From an uncultured Actinomycetes bacterium (GTDB lineage: Bacteria; Actinomycetota; Thermoleophilia; UBA2241): a stretch of DNA of 64,000 nt. Shown here piece by piece: positions 1 to 10,569 of this stretch; within the stretch, counting starts at the first letter, position 1, and each line of letters opens with the position of its first letter. The notes below the pieces were generated by a model. That model ran no database searches. It was not told where the DNA came from and worked only from the letters and a program-made list of their open reading frames with translations. The stretch is from NCBI GenBank assembly GCA_963725665.1, contig CAVRZA010000002.1, forward strand, positions 192,001 to 256,000, given 5' to 3'. The translations under genes and the position numbers were made by a program.

Positions 1-510
1 GGCGGGCACCACGCCGACGCCGGCGCGCTGCGCGCCGTACTGCAGGCCGACGCTGGTCGGCAACCCGTAGGCGAAGCAGTTCTGTAGCAGGTCGTTCGGC
101 CGCAGGCCGACCATCCAGATCGAGCGTGCGTTGCGCGTCGCCCAGTCGTCCATGTCGCGCTCCGAGACCCAGATGGGCGTCGGCTTGCCGGTGGTCCCGG
201 AGGTGCTGTGCACCTCGATGATGTCGTCGAGGTCGCAGGTGCGCAGGCCCTCGGGGTAGACGTCGCGCAGCGTGGCCTTGTCGAGGAAGGGCAGGCGACG
301 GATGTCGTCGAGGGAGCACATGTCGTCGGGCGCGACTCTAGCGGCGCGACACAGCTCCCCGTACACGCGGCTGCGTTCGCAGGCGCGCGCGACGACGAGC
401 TTGAGACGCTCGAGCTGGAGCGCCCGCAGGGCGTCGAGCTCGAGCGTCTCAAGATCGGGCTCGAAGTAGACGTCCTGCCGCACGGCGCTGCTCGCGGCGC
501 TACCGCTCAT
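1..510 (-). CDS. paaK: Phenylacetate-CoA ligase family protein (5' part; runs off the window)
   Basis: Hand translation gives MSGS...LQLERLK...RLPFLDKATLRDVYP...EVHSTSGTTGKPTP...QNCFAYGL...LQYGAQRAG, which contains the AMP-binding motif. The ATG overlaps the iorB stop (ATGA). Confidence 0.9.
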   Translation of the reverse strand, partial: MSGSAASSAVRQDVYFEPDLETLELDALRALQLERLKLVVARACERSRVYGELCRAARVAPDDMCSLDDIRRLPFLDKATLRDVYPEGLRTCDLDDIIEVHSTSGTTGKPTPIWVSERDMDDWATRNARSIWMVGLRPNDLLQNCFAYGLPTSVGLQYGAQRAGVGVVPA

Positions 511-1211
511 CGATGCACGCCTCCTTCGTCTGTCTTCGCGACCGTCGCCGCCGCGCCGGCCGCCGCCTCTACCCCGGCTCGGGCCGCCGGGCCTACCCCG
601 ACTCCGGCCGCCCCGATGCGCTGCCCGGCGGCGAACGCGGCGAGGTTGAGCTCCAGCCAGCTCGCCGGGACGTTGCGGGCGATGGCTCGCTTCCAGGTCT
701 CGTCGGCGAAGGGCAGATGGGCCGAGAGCGCTCCGACCAGCACGACCCCGGCGACCTTCGCGTCGCCGATCTCCTCCGCGACCGCGTTGCCGTCGACGGC
801 GATGACCCTCACGCCTTGGTCGACCATTCGCTGGATCGCGTCGAACGGGTACGCGTGGGTCCCGGTCGATGCGACGGCGGCACGATCTGCTGCGTGTTGA
901 CGATAGCCAGGCCGTCGGGCGCCAGCGAGGGCGCCAGGCGCAGTCCCTCGGCGGCCTCGAAGGCGAGCAGATAGTCGATCTCGCCGGGGCTGATGCTGGG
1001 CGCCATGACTCGTCTCACCGATACGGATGTGCGAGCTCACGCTGCCGCCGCGCTGCGACATGCCGCGCGTCTCGCTCGTCTTCACCTCGAGGCCGCCGTG
1101 CAGCATCGCCGTGTCGGCGATGATCGCGGCGGCGACGATCACCCCCTGGCCGCCGACGCCGACGACCATGATGTCGTCGACCACGCCGCCGGCGAAGTGT
1201 CCGCCGTTCAC
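507..1211 (-). CDS. iorB: Indolepyruvate ferredoxin oxidoreductase beta subunit (frameshifted)
   Basis: Motifs GVGGQGV, SETRGMSQRGGSVSSHIRIG, DYLLAFEAAEGLR and NLAAFAAG are spread over two frames. GTGA overlap with iorA. Confidence 0.88.
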   Translation of the reverse strand: MNGGHFAGGVVDDIMVVGVGGQGVIVAAAIIADTAMLHGGLEVKTSETRGMSQRGGSVSSHIRIGETSHGAQHQPRRDRLSARLRGRRGTAPGALAGARRPGYRQHAADRAAVASTGTHAYPFDAIQRMVDQGVRVIAVDGNAVAEEIGDAKVAGVVLVGALSAHLPFADETWKRAIARNVPASWLELNLAAFAAGQRIGAAGVGVGPAARAGVEAAAGAAATVAKTDEGGVHR

Positions 1212-3076
1212 GCTCCACCCGCCTTCGCGATCGCGCCCGGCTTGCAGAGCTGCGCGCACAGCGAGCAGCCGGTGCACGTCTCGGCGTCGATCACCACCTT
1301 GTGGCGCGTCTTCACCATCGCCTCGGTGTGGCGCAGCGAGGGGCAGCCGAGCTTCATGCACTGCTGGCAGGCGGTGCAGAGGTCCTCGTCGACCTCGAAG
1401 TGGCCGTCGCCGGGGATCTTGCGCGGAAAGAGCATGCACGGCCGGTTGGTGATGATGACGGCCGGCCCGTCGAAGGCGAGGCCGGCCTTCAGCGCCGCCA
1501 GGCACGCCGCGTAGTCGTAGGGATCGACCGTCTCGACGCGCTCGACGCCGAGCGCCCGGCAGATCGCCTCGAAGTCGACCGGCTGCGTCTCGGCGCCCGC
1601 GAGACTCCTCTCGGTGCCCGGGTGCGTCTGGCCGCCGGTCATGGCGGTGATGTTGTTGTTCTGGATCAGGACGGTGACGTTCGTCCGCTGGTGGACGGCG
1701 TTGAGCAGCCCCGTGAGCCCGGAGTGCAGGAAGGTCGAGTCGCCGATGACGGCGATGGAACCCTTCGCGCTGCCGCCGGCGCGAGTGAAGCCCTGCTCGA
1801 TGGGGATGCTCGCGCCCATCTCGAACGCCGAGTGCATGTGCGAGACCGGCGGCAGCGTCGTCAGGTCGTAGCAGCCGATATCTCCGTGCACGTCGAGGTC
1901 GAGCTTCTTCATGGCCATGGCCATGCCGCGGTGCGGGCAGCCGGTGCACAGGACGGGGGGCCGCGGAATGACGCTCTCGTCTTCCGCGGCCTTCTCGCGC
2001 GCCCAGCGCGGCAGGTCGAGGCCGGCCGCCACGAACGCGCGCCCGACCCGTACCGGCGTCAGCTCGCTCCAGGAGGGGAACCAGCGTTTGCCCTCGACCG
2101 CGATGCCGGCCGCGAGGATCTGCTCCTCGAGGTATGGCTCGAGCTCCTCGACCACGAAGAGGCGGTCGACGGTGGCGGCGAAGCGGCGGACCGCCTCGAC
2201 CGGCAGGGGGTGGATCATGCCCAGCTTGAGGAAGGACGCCTCGGGAAGCGCCTCCTTGGCCGAGATGTAGGCGGCGCCCGCCGAGACGACGCCGACGCGC
2301 GCGAAGGCGCCCGTTCCGGGCTCTGCGCGCGCCAGCGGGCTCGCTTCGGCGTAGGCACGCAGGCGCTCGAAGCGAGCGATGAGGCTCCGGTGCAGCGGCC
2401 GCGAGAAGCGCGGCAGCAGGGAGTACTTCTCGGTGATGCGGTGCGGCGGCTTGCGCTGCGGCACAGTGCGCCGCAGGGCCGTCGGGTCGGAGCCGTCGCC
2501 GCCCTCGGCGAGCGCGCCGCCTTCGGTGGGCGGCTCGCCGTCACCCCCTTCGGTCTCCTCGAGCCGCACGATCGACTTCTGGTGCGCCGTCTGGATCGAG
2601 AGGCGCACCATGACGGGCACGTCGAACTCCTCGCTCAGATCGAAGGCCAGCTTGACGTACTCGTAGCACTCCTGGCTGTCGGCCGGCTCGAGCATGGGCA
2701 TGCTGCTGATGCGGCCGAAGTAGCGGTCGTCCTGCTCGGTCATGCCGCTCGCCATCCCGGGGTCGCCGGCGAGGCACACGACGAGGCCGGCGTTGATGCC
2801 CGTGTAGACGGAGCTGATCAGCGGGTCGGCGGCCACGCTGGCGCCCGCGCTCTTCATCGCCGTGAGGGCGCGGGCGCCGCCCATGGCCGCCCCGAAGGCG
2901 ACCTCGTAGGCGACCTTCTCGTTGGTCGACCACTCGGCGTAGACGCCCTCGTAGCGCGCCAGGTTGGTGACGATCTCGGTGCTGGGCGTGCCCGGGTAGG
3001 CGGCCGCGACCTGCACGCCGGCCTCCCAGGCGCCGCGCGCGATGGCTTCGTTGCCGAGCATCAGGAGCTGCTTCAC
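1208..3076 (-). CDS. iorA: Indolepyruvate ferredoxin oxidoreductase alpha subunit
   Basis: LGNEAIARGAWEAG, YPGTPSTEI, NEKVAYE, RPPVLCTGCPHR, GDIGCY, GDSTFLHSG and two C-terminal 4Fe-4S motifs. GTG start at 3076 after an RBS. Confidence 0.93.
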   Translation of the reverse strand: MKQLLMLGNEAIARGAWEAGVQVAAAYPGTPSTEIVTNLARYEGVYAEWSTNEKVAYEVAFGAAMGGARALTAMKSAGASVAADPLISSVYTGINAGLVVCLAGDPGMASGMTEQDDRYFGRISSMPMLEPADSQECYEYVKLAFDLSEEFDVPVMVRLSIQTAHQKSIVRLEETEGGDGEPPTEGGALAEGGDGSDPTALRRTVPQRKPPHRITEKYSLLPRFSRPLHRSLIARFERLRAYAEASPLARAEPGTGAFARVGVVSAGAAYISAKEALPEASFLKLGMIHPLPVEAVRRFAATVDRLFVVEELEPYLEEQILAAGIAVEGKRWFPSWSELTPVRVGRAFVAAGLDLPRWAREKAAEDESVIPRPPVLCTGCPHRGMAMAMKKLDLDVHGDIGCYDLTTLPPVSHMHSAFEMGASIPIEQGFTRAGGSAKGSIAVIGDSTFLHSGLTGLLNAVHQRTNVTVLIQNNNITAMTGGQTHPGTERSLAGAETQPVDFEAICRALGVERVETVDPYDYAACLAALKAGLAFDGPAVIITNRPCMLFPRKIPGDGHFEVDEDLCTACQQCMKLGCPSLRHTEAMVKTRHKVVIDAETCTGCSLCAQLCKPGAIAKAGGA

Positions 3077-3176
3077 ACGTCGTCCCTCTCGTCGGGCAGG
3101 TGGACAAACGATACGCAGCGGGTGCGCGGGGGCGCAACCCGCAGTGTATGCTGCGGCCGGCGAGAAGGAGGGTGCG

Positions 3177-4484
3177 ATGGCCGGACTGCAGTCAGCGCTC
3201 GAGGAGAGGGTCGTCGAAGACGTGCGGTCGCGGCGCGACGAGCTCGTCGACCTCGTCGGCGAGCTCGTCGCGCTCGACACGACCGCACGCGACGTCGACG
3301 ACCCTCCGCGCGACGAGGAGCGCTTGCAGCGGCTGCTGCAGGCGCGCCTCGAGGCGATCGGTGCCGCCACCGACCTCTGGGAACCCGAGCCGACCGTCGG
3401 CGATCGCTTCCTGCCCGACGGTCTGAGCTTCCGCGGCCGGCCCCAGCTGGCCGCGCGACTGGGCGGCCACGGGGCCGGCCGCAGCCTCCTCCTCCTCGGG
3501 CACATCGACGCCGTCTCGGCCGAACCGGTCGATCGCTGGACCTCCGACCCGTTCCAGGCCGCCGTGCGCGACGGCAAGCTGTACGGCCGCGGCGCCTGCG
3601 ATATGAAGGGCGGTCTCGGCGCGATGCTGGTCGCCCTAGAGACGCTGCACCGACTCGGCGTGCGTGCTGCCGGCGACGTCATCTGGTGCTCGGTCACCGA
3701 CGAGGAGTCGTCGGGCGCCGGCGGCGTGGCCGCCGTCGCCCGCGGTGTGACTGCCGACGCCGGCATCTGCGCGGAGCCGACGGGTTTCGACACGTGGGTC
3801 GCCTGTCGCGGCTCGCTCACGCCGATCATCACCATCGAGGGTCGGCCCGGGCACGCGGAGATGACACAGCCGCACTGGCGCGAGGGGGGTGCCGTCAACG
3901 CGATCGAGAAGCTGCCGCTGGTCCTCGCCGCGATCGAGCGGCTGCGCCACGAGTGGCGCAGCCGCCCCGACTGCCGGCATCCCTACCTCGACCCCGGCGA
4001 CATCGTGCCCACCGTGCTGCACGCGGGGGAGTGGAGCGTGACCTACCCCAGCGAGGCCGTCCTCACCTGCGAGGTCACCTACCTGCCGACTCAGGTCGAC
4101 GCCGAAGGCACCGGCAAGCGGGTCGAGCGCGAGATCTACGAGGCGATCACGGCGGCGGCCGCCGGGGATCCCTGGCTTGCCGAGCACCCGCTGAAGTGGT
4201 TCTGGGACAACGACGTGGTGCCGGCAGAGATCCCCGCCGACCATCCCCTCGTCGCGCTCACCATGCAAGCTGCGGTCGACCTGGACCGCGAGGGGACGCT
4301 CACGGGCTTCGAGTCCTGGCACGACGGGGCGACCTTCATCCGCGCCGGCACGCCGACGCTCTGCTTCGGTCCCGGCGACCGCGGGGCCCTGCACCGTCTC
4401 GACGAGTTCGCGCCGGTGGACGATCTGGTCGATCACGCCGCGGCGGTGGCGCTTGTCGTCATGCGCTGGTGCGGGGTGGCGTAG
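3177..4484 (+). CDS. ArgE/DapE-family M20 deacylase/peptidase
   Basis: GHIDAV, GRGACDMKGG, DEE, GHA and C-terminal H metal-binding motifs. RBS AAGGAGG before the ATG at 3177. Confidence 0.88.
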   Translation: MAGLQSALEERVVEDVRSRRDELVDLVGELVALDTTARDVDDPPRDEERLQRLLQARLEAIGAATDLWEPEPTVGDRFLPDGLSFRGRPQLAARLGGHGAGRSLLLLGHIDAVSAEPVDRWTSDPFQAAVRDGKLYGRGACDMKGGLGAMLVALETLHRLGVRAAGDVIWCSVTDEESSGAGGVAAVARGVTADAGICAEPTGFDTWVACRGSLTPIITIEGRPGHAEMTQPHWREGGAVNAIEKLPLVLAAIERLRHEWRSRPDCRHPYLDPGDIVPTVLHAGEWSVTYPSEAVLTCEVTYLPTQVDAEGTGKRVEREIYEAITAAAAGDPWLAEHPLKWFWDNDVVPAEIPADHPLVALTMQAAVDLDREGTLTGFESWHDGATFIRAGTPTLCFGPGDRGALHRLDEFAPVDDLVDHAAAVALVVMRWCGVA

Positions 4485-4654
4485 CACCTGGCGGGACCGC
4501 GCCGCGGCCGACCGGTGGCACCGGTGGGGGTGCCGGACGGCGGGTGTAGACTCGGGCGCGGGCGAGAGCCCCGAGAGCGAGCTGAGCAGCGCAGGACACG
4601 CGATGGCTGAAGAGGAGGCCATGAGCGGATCGGGCACACCGAGCACCGGAGGGG

Positions 4655-5497
4655 ATGACCGGTGCGGCATCGGCCAGGCAACGCTTCACGGGCAAGATAG
4701 CTCTCGTCACCGGCGGCGCACGCGGCATCGGCCGCGAGTGCGCCCTCGCGCTGGCGCGCGAGGGCGCCGACCTCATCCTTCTCGACCGTTGCGCGCAGCC
4801 GACGACGACGCTCTACGCCGGCGCCTCTGCCGACGACCTCACGGGTACGCAGGAGGAGATCCAGGCCCTGGGGCGGCACGCGCTCACCATCCAGGCCGAC
4901 GTGACCAAGGAGGCCGAGCTGCGCGTCGCCGTGGGCGAGGCGCTGGGCCGCCTGGGACGCATCGACATCCTCGTCTGCAGCGCCGGCATCTTCACGTGGG
5001 GAAGGCTCTGGGAGCTCACCGAGGAGCAGTGGGACGAGACCATCGACGTCAACCTCAAGGGCGTGTGGCTCACGCTCAAGACGGTCGTCCCGCACATGAT
5101 CGAGCGCCGCTACGGCCGCATCGTCCTCTTGGGCTCGACGGCCGGCCTGCGCGGGTGGGCCGAGGTCTCGCACTACGCCGCCTCGAAGCACGGCGTGATC
5201 GGCCTCGTGCGCAGCTTGGCGCTGGAGGTCGGTGAGTACGGCGTCACGGTCAACGCGGTCTGCCCCACGCGCGTGCCCACCGAGATGGTCACCTTCCCGG
5301 ACTACTACGAGCACGCGTGCGGTCCTGGAGCCACGCTCGACGACCTGGCGCGCGCGACGCGTGCCGAGCTGGTGCTGCCGACCGACTTCGTGCCGGCCAC
5401 CGCCATCGCCGACGCCGTCTCTTGGCTCGCTTCCGACGAAGCGGCCTACGTCACCGGCGCGGCCGTGGCGGTCGATGCCGGGGAGCTGCTGGTATGA
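4655..5497 (+). CDS. SDR oxidoreductase resembling the mycofactocin-associated SDR subfamily
   Basis: TGGARGIG and YAASKHG motifs, plus the insertion DLILLDRCAQPTTTLYAGASADDL typical of that subfamily. Confidence 0.85.
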   Translation: MTGAASARQRFTGKIALVTGGARGIGRECALALAREGADLILLDRCAQPTTTLYAGASADDLTGTQEEIQALGRHALTIQADVTKEAELRVAVGEALGRLGRIDILVCSAGIFTWGRLWELTEEQWDETIDVNLKGVWLTLKTVVPHMIERRYGRIVLLGSTAGLRGWAEVSHYAASKHGVIGLVRSLALEVGEYGVTVNAVCPTRVPTEMVTFPDYYEHACGPGATLDDLARATRAELVLPTDFVPATAIADAVSWLASDEAAYVTGAAVAVDAGELLV

Positions 5498-6489
5498 GCG
5501 CAGTGGGGAGCCTGGAGCAGGGTTATCCGGCGGCGTCGGCGGACTTCCCGGCGGTCCTCGACGGGACGATCTTGCGTGTCGGCGAGGCGTTCATCCCCGC
5601 GACCGACGACGGCCTGCTGCGCGGCGACGGAGCTTTCGAAGCCGTGCGTGTCTACCTCGGCCGCCCCTTCGCGCTGACCGCGCATCTCGATCGCCTCGTG
5701 CGCTCGTGCGGCATCCTCCTGCTCGACTGCCCGCGCGACGAGCTCGCGACGGAGATCGACGAGCTCGTCGCGCTCTGCGGCCACGCCAGCTACGACCTGC
5801 GCATCGTCGTGACGCGCGGCGGACACCGCTTGGCCTTTGCCGAGCCGTTCCTGGCGCCGCCGGTGACGGCGCGCCTCGGCCTCGTGGTCGACGTCCCGCG
5901 CCTGGTGCTGGTGGGCGCCAAGACGCTTTCGTACGCCGGCAACATGCTGGCGCGGCGGCGCGCGGTCGCGGCCGGCGGCGACGAGGCGCTCCTGGCGACG
6001 CCCGAGGGCCGCGTGCTCGAGGCGCAGACGGCGGCCTTCTTCTTCGTCGACGCCGCCGGACGGCTGCGCACGCCGCCGCTCGGCGAGGGCATCCTCGACT
6101 CGATCACGCGCCGCGTGGTCCTGCGACGCCTCGAGGTGGCGGAGGAGCCGTGTCTGGTCGACGAGGTCCTGGCCTGCCGCGAGGCCTTTCTCGCCGGCAC
6201 GAGGTTCGAGGTGCGGCCGGTCAGCGCCATCGACAGTAGGTCGCTGGAGGCGCCGGGACCGGTCACCCGCGGCGCCCGCCAGGACTACTGGCGGGCCGTC
6301 GAGGAGGAGACGGGCATCGGATTGGCGCGAGCACTGCCGCGTACCTGGAGCGCATCGGGCTCGGCTCGGCCGGATCCACGTGACTCTGGTGAATCGACAG
6401 GGGACTCGCTTCTACCCTGTGTCGCCCGGGGATTCGCGGGTCGTGCGGCCAGGTCCGAGCATCGGTTCCCGGGCAGCGGGAGCCGCTGA
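5494..6489 (+). CDS. Class IV PLP aminotransferase (branched-chain/D-amino acid/ADC lyase-like)
   Basis: DDGLLRGDGAFEAVR, HLDRL, AKTLSYA (PLP lysine) and ILDSITR. ATGA overlap with the SDR. Confidence 0.88.
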   Translation: MSAVGSLEQGYPAASADFPAVLDGTILRVGEAFIPATDDGLLRGDGAFEAVRVYLGRPFALTAHLDRLVRSCGILLLDCPRDELATEIDELVALCGHASYDLRIVVTRGGHRLAFAEPFLAPPVTARLGLVVDVPRLVLVGAKTLSYAGNMLARRRAVAAGGDEALLATPEGRVLEAQTAAFFFVDAAGRLRTPPLGEGILDSITRRVVLRRLEVAEEPCLVDEVLACREAFLAGTRFEVRPVSAIDSRSLEAPGPVTRGARQDYWRAVEEETGIGLARALPRTWSASGSARPDPRDSGESTGDSLLPCVARGFAGRAARSEHRFPGSGSR

Positions 6490-7400
6490 GGCTGCTTCGC
6501 GTTCGCCGGTGAGTACCACGATCACGCCCGCCACGATGATCAGCAGGCCGCCCAGCATCGTCCAGCCTGCAGGCACCTCGCCGACGAGCAGAAAGGCGTA
6601 CAGCGGTGCGACGAGCGGCTCGAGGTAGCCGAGTATAGGCACGTGCTGCACGGGGATGAAGCCCATCCCTTCCGTCAAGAGCATATAGGCGAGGGCCGTG
6701 CACACGATCCCCAGGACAAGACCGACGAGGAGATCGCGCCACGTGAGTCCGCTGCCGACGATCCACGTCTGCCAGACGGCCAGTGGCAGCAGGAAGAGTG
6801 CATCCAGGGTTCCTTCAGCGATGACGATCGTCGCGCTGCGCAACCCACGACGGCGCAGCGCACTCACCATCATCATGAACCCGGCGAGCCCGATGCCAGA
6901 GGCGAGGCCGCAGAGGATACCCCAGAACGACGGCTTCAGCTCGGTGCCTATGGCCGGTGGGACGATAACGAAGGCGAGACCAGCCATGGCCAGGCCCAGC
7001 CCCGGCCATACCATGCGGTCCGTGCGCTGATGGAGGATCGGCGGTGCCAGCAACGCGACCCAGAGCGGCGAGAGGAAGAGCAGGAACATGCCGACGGCGA
7101 CGCTGGTCAGGCGCATGCTGGTGAAGAAGAGCAGGAGGGTGGCCGAGTCGATCGCGGCCATCGCCAGCAGCGGCTGAGCATGCCCGGTCGTCGCACCTCT
7201 GCCCAGAGTGCGGAGCGTGCGAAGAAGACCGCCAGCGTCGCCGCGGCGATGCCCATGCGCAGCACTAGCAGCATGCTCTCCGGAGCCGACGCCCACGTGA
7301 CGAGGGCGCCGACCCCGCCCATGATCACGAACGACGTCGCGACCATGGCGTAGCCCCTGCGACGCTGGTTCAGTCTGCGGCTGGCGCCCTTCTGGTCCAA
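6412..7400 (-). CDS. DMT/EamA family transporter (one frameshift near 7170)
   Basis: About 10 hydrophobic helices, LSPLWVALLA and YLEPLVA. N-terminus is in ORF 7107..7400, the rest in ORF 6412..7446. Confidence 0.85.
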
Positions 7401-7613
7401 TGACTAGCCTCTCGCGGCTGCCTCGGCTCGGTCGTCGGCAGTGCACTTCAAGGACGATGTCAGGTATACCATGACATGTGTCGCAGTCGGACGGTCGAGT
7501 CGGTCGTTACCGGACTTCGCCACGCCTCCGTGTAACGTGCTCGGGCAGCGTGGTCGCGACCATCCGCTGTCGGCTTCGAACGCAGCGTCCCATCTGCCTG
7601 CTAAGCTGACTAC

Positions 7614-8432
7614 ATGCAGGACCTTTCGCTCACCTGGGAATCCTGGAACCCCGTCACCGGCTGCACCAAGGTCTCGGCCGGCTGTGCGCACTGCTACGCG
7701 GAGCGCTTCGCCGAGCGCTGGCGGGGCATCCCCGGCCACCACTACGAGCACGGCTTCGAGCTGCAACTGCGCCCCGAGCGCCTCGCGCTACCGCTGCGCT
7801 GGAAGAAGCCGCGGCGCGTGTTCGTCGACTCGATGTTCGACCTCTTCCACGAGGAGCTTCCCGAGGACTACATCCGTGAGATCTTCGCCGTCATGGAACG
7901 CGCGCCGCGGCACGTCTTCCACGCGCTCACGAAGCGCGAAACGCGCCTGCTCGAGCTGGCGCCGTCGCTGTCTTGGCCGGCCAACGTCTGGATGGGCGTC
8001 ACCGTCGAGAGCATGGACTACGCGCGGCGCGTCGCCGCGCTGCGCGCGGTGCCCGCCGCCGTGCGTCATATCAGCGCCGAGCCGCTGCTGGGGCCGCTCG
8101 ACGAGCTCGATCTCAGCGGCATCGACTGGGTGATCGCGGGCGGCGAGTCGGGACCGACTCGCCGCCCGCCGCGACCCGAGTGGCTGCGCGGGCTGCGCGA
8201 CCGCTGCCACGCGCAAGGCGTCGCCTTCACCTTCAAGGGCTGGGGCGGGCGCGTGCAGGGGCAGCTCGGCCGCGAGCTCGACGGCCGCGAGTGGGACGAG
8301 CAACCGCCCGTGCGCGCGCCCGGCGTCAGCCCCGCCGTCAGTCCCGGCGAACGGTCCGCGGCGCCCGAGACCGAGGCCGAGCGCGCGCCTGCTGCCGAAG
8401 AGACCTGGCAGCAGGCGCGCCTCTGGTCCTGA
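7614..8432 (+). CDS. DUF5131 (phage Gp37/Gp68-like) three-Cys Fe-S protein
   Basis: WNPVTGCTKVSAGCAHCYAE, SMFDLFH, LTKR, SAEPLLG, WVIAGGESG. Confidence 0.9.
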   Translation: MQDLSLTWESWNPVTGCTKVSAGCAHCYAERFAERWRGIPGHHYEHGFELQLRPERLALPLRWKKPRRVFVDSMFDLFHEELPEDYIREIFAVMERAPRHVFHALTKRETRLLELAPSLSWPANVWMGVTVESMDYARRVAALRAVPAAVRHISAEPLLGPLDELDLSGIDWVIAGGESGPTRRPPRPEWLRGLRDRCHAQGVAFTFKGWGGRVQGQLGRELDGREWDEQPPVRAPGVSPAVSPGERSAAPETEAERAPAAEETWQQARLWS

Positions 8433-8567
8433 CGGGCGGCCCCTTCCTCGGGCGTATACTGAGCCTGTCAGCAGGGGAGAGGTGGGGGCCTCTCCGGCAC
8501 GCCTGGTCGGGGAGATCCGGCGCCAGGGGTGGGGTCCTCCGTCTCTACCAGAGGCAAGGGGGAGACT

Positions 8568-9732
8568 ATGCCGTCCTCACGACTTGCAAGCCGCGCTGAG
8601 CGACGTCGCCCAGGGACGTATCACGCGCGCGGAGTTCCTCGCACGAGCGGTCGGCCTCGGCATGACGGTGTCTGCCGCTGCGGCGCTCGTGGCAGCCTGC
8701 GGCTCGGGCACCTCGAGCACTACCGCGGCGGGCAGCGCCTCGCCCACGCCGCTCGACTCCAGCAAGCCCGACCACATCATCCTGTTCAACTGGTCCGACT
8801 ACATGGATCCCGGCGTCCTCAAAGCCTTCCAGCGCGAGTACGGGGTGAAGGTGAAGGAGAGCTACTTCGAGGACAACGACACCATGCTCGCCAAGGTGAA
8901 GGCCGGGGCCACGGGCTACGACGTCATCGTGCCCACCGGATGGATGGTCTCGATCATGGCGAAGACGGGGCTCCTGCGACCGCTCGACATGAGCCTCCTG
9001 CCCAACTTCTCCGGCGTGATGCCGGCGTTCCAGAGTCCGTCCTACGACCCCGGCACCGGCGGCAAGCGCTACTCGGTGCCGTACATGTTCGGACGCACGG
9101 GCATCGACGTGCGCAGCGACAAGGTGAGCGAGACGATCACGAGCTGGCAGTCACTGTGGGACGATAAGTATAAGGACAAGATCATCATGCTCGCCGACGC
9201 CCGCGGCGCGCTCGAGGCGGCTCTCTATCTCATCGGCTCGGACTGCAACTGCACCGACATGGACGTGCTGCAGAAGGCCAAGCAGAAGCTGATCGAGCAG
9301 AAACCGCTGGTGCGCAAGTACGACGCGGTGCCGCTGCGCAACATCCTCGCCGGCAACCCATTGACGGAGGGCTGGGACGGCGACGTCGCGCGAGCACAGG
9401 GCGAGCTGGGCGCCGACAAGGTGGCTTTCGTCGCGCCCGTCGAGGGGTTCTCGGTGTGGACGGACACCTTCGTCGTGCCCAACACCGCCGGCTCACCCTA
9501 CTGGGCGCATATGCTCATCAACTACCTGCTCGATCCGCAGGTGGCGGCCAAGCTGAGCGCCTTCACCGGCTACCAGACGCCTGTGGCAGCCGCTGTGCCC
9601 TACGTCTCGGACCCCATCATGAAGGCGATGCGCCCGAGTGACGAGGTCATGAAGAGCGCGCACACCTACGAGGATCTGGGGGAGTTCAACAACGTCTACA
9701 ACCAGCTCTGGACGGAGGTGAAGAGCGCCTAG
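8568..9732 (+). CDS. Polyamine ABC substrate-binding lipoprotein (PotD/PotF-like); probable indel just after the start
   Basis: FNWSDYMDP, GYDVIVPT, YSVPYMFG and W-D-GD motifs, a Tat-like TRAEFL and a lipobox LVAAC. The ATG with RBS at 8568 is out of frame with the body. Confidence 0.85.
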
Positions 9733-9951
9733 AGCTGAAGGGGCCGGCCGGGTCGTTGTACTGGAGCACGCGGATGTCGGCGACGGCGGTGTAGGTCTCT
9801 TCCACGTCGAACCCCCATGGCGTTTGCGCTAGCGTTGTCGCGCCAGCTTTGACGGTGTTCCTCCCGTGCATGAGCGAGGAGTACCCTGCGACTAGCCGTT
9901 GCATCGTTCGCGCCTGCCGCGCTGGCGGCGGCAGACGTGGGAAGGGAACAG

Positions 9952-10569
9952 ATGCGGATCGCGTTCGTCGGCGACAGCCTCACGGAGGGGTGGCCGGGCG
10001 AGTCCTATCTGGAGCGCCTACGTGAGCTGCTGCCCGCCGACGAACTGCTGAACCGCGGGCGCGCCGGCGACACGATAGCCGGCGTGGAGCTGCGCATGCG
10101 CGGGGACGGCCTCGACCCGGTGGACCTGGCGTTCATCTGGGTGGGCGTGAACGACGCCTTCATGGGCGGCTGGTCGCTCCCCGGGGTCGAGGGGGGCGGC
10201 GCGCAGGCGGGCGAGCCCGGGCTCGCCCGCCTGCGCGCCGCCTACGAACGCCTTCTCGCCTTCACCCTCGCGGCGCGGCGCCAGGTCGTGTGCGTGCCGC
10301 CGATCCTCCCCGACGACGGCGTCGAAGGCCCGTTCAGGGCGCGCGTCGAGGAGATAGCGGGAATGATCGGCGACGTCGTCCGCGGCGCGGCCCGCGCACG
10401 GCTCTTCGACCTGCGCGACGACGTCGCCGCCGCGAAGCGCGACGATCCGTGGGCGCAGCTCACGATCGACGGCGTGCACCTGAGCGCACGCGGCGCGGAG
10501 GTGGTGGCCGCCGCCTTCGCGAACGTCATCGCCGAGGTGCGTTCCCTGCGCGACGGTGCAAGCCCGTGA
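9952..10569 (+). CDS. SGNH/GDSL hydrolase
   Basis: GDSLT, GRAGD, GVND and DGVH blocks. Confidence 0.88.
   Translation: MRIAFVGDSLTEGWPGESYLERLRELLPADELLNRGRAGDTIAGVELRMRGDGLDPVDLAFIWVGVNDAFMGGWSLPGVEGGGAQAGEPGLARLRAAYERLLAFTLAARRQVVCVPPILPDDGVEGPFRARVEEIAGMIGDVVRGAARARLFDLRDDVAAAKRDDPWAQLTIDGVHLSARGAEVVAAAFANVIAEVRSLRDGASP

Noticed and set aside
1301-4549. Very long alternative-frame ORFs (1082 aa here; also 16101..18023, 30887..32386 and others)
   Set aside because: These are shadow ORFs of high-GC genes on the other strand or frame. They are R/A/G-rich and lack motifs.
7575-7592. LexA box upstream of DUF5131
   Set aside because: Only the TCGAAC half-site is present; the GTTCGA half is missing.
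9733-9871. Short minus-strand ORF (WGFDVEETYTAVADIRVLQY)
   Set aside because: Possibly a gene fragment, but I recognise no family and it overlaps the convergent gene end.
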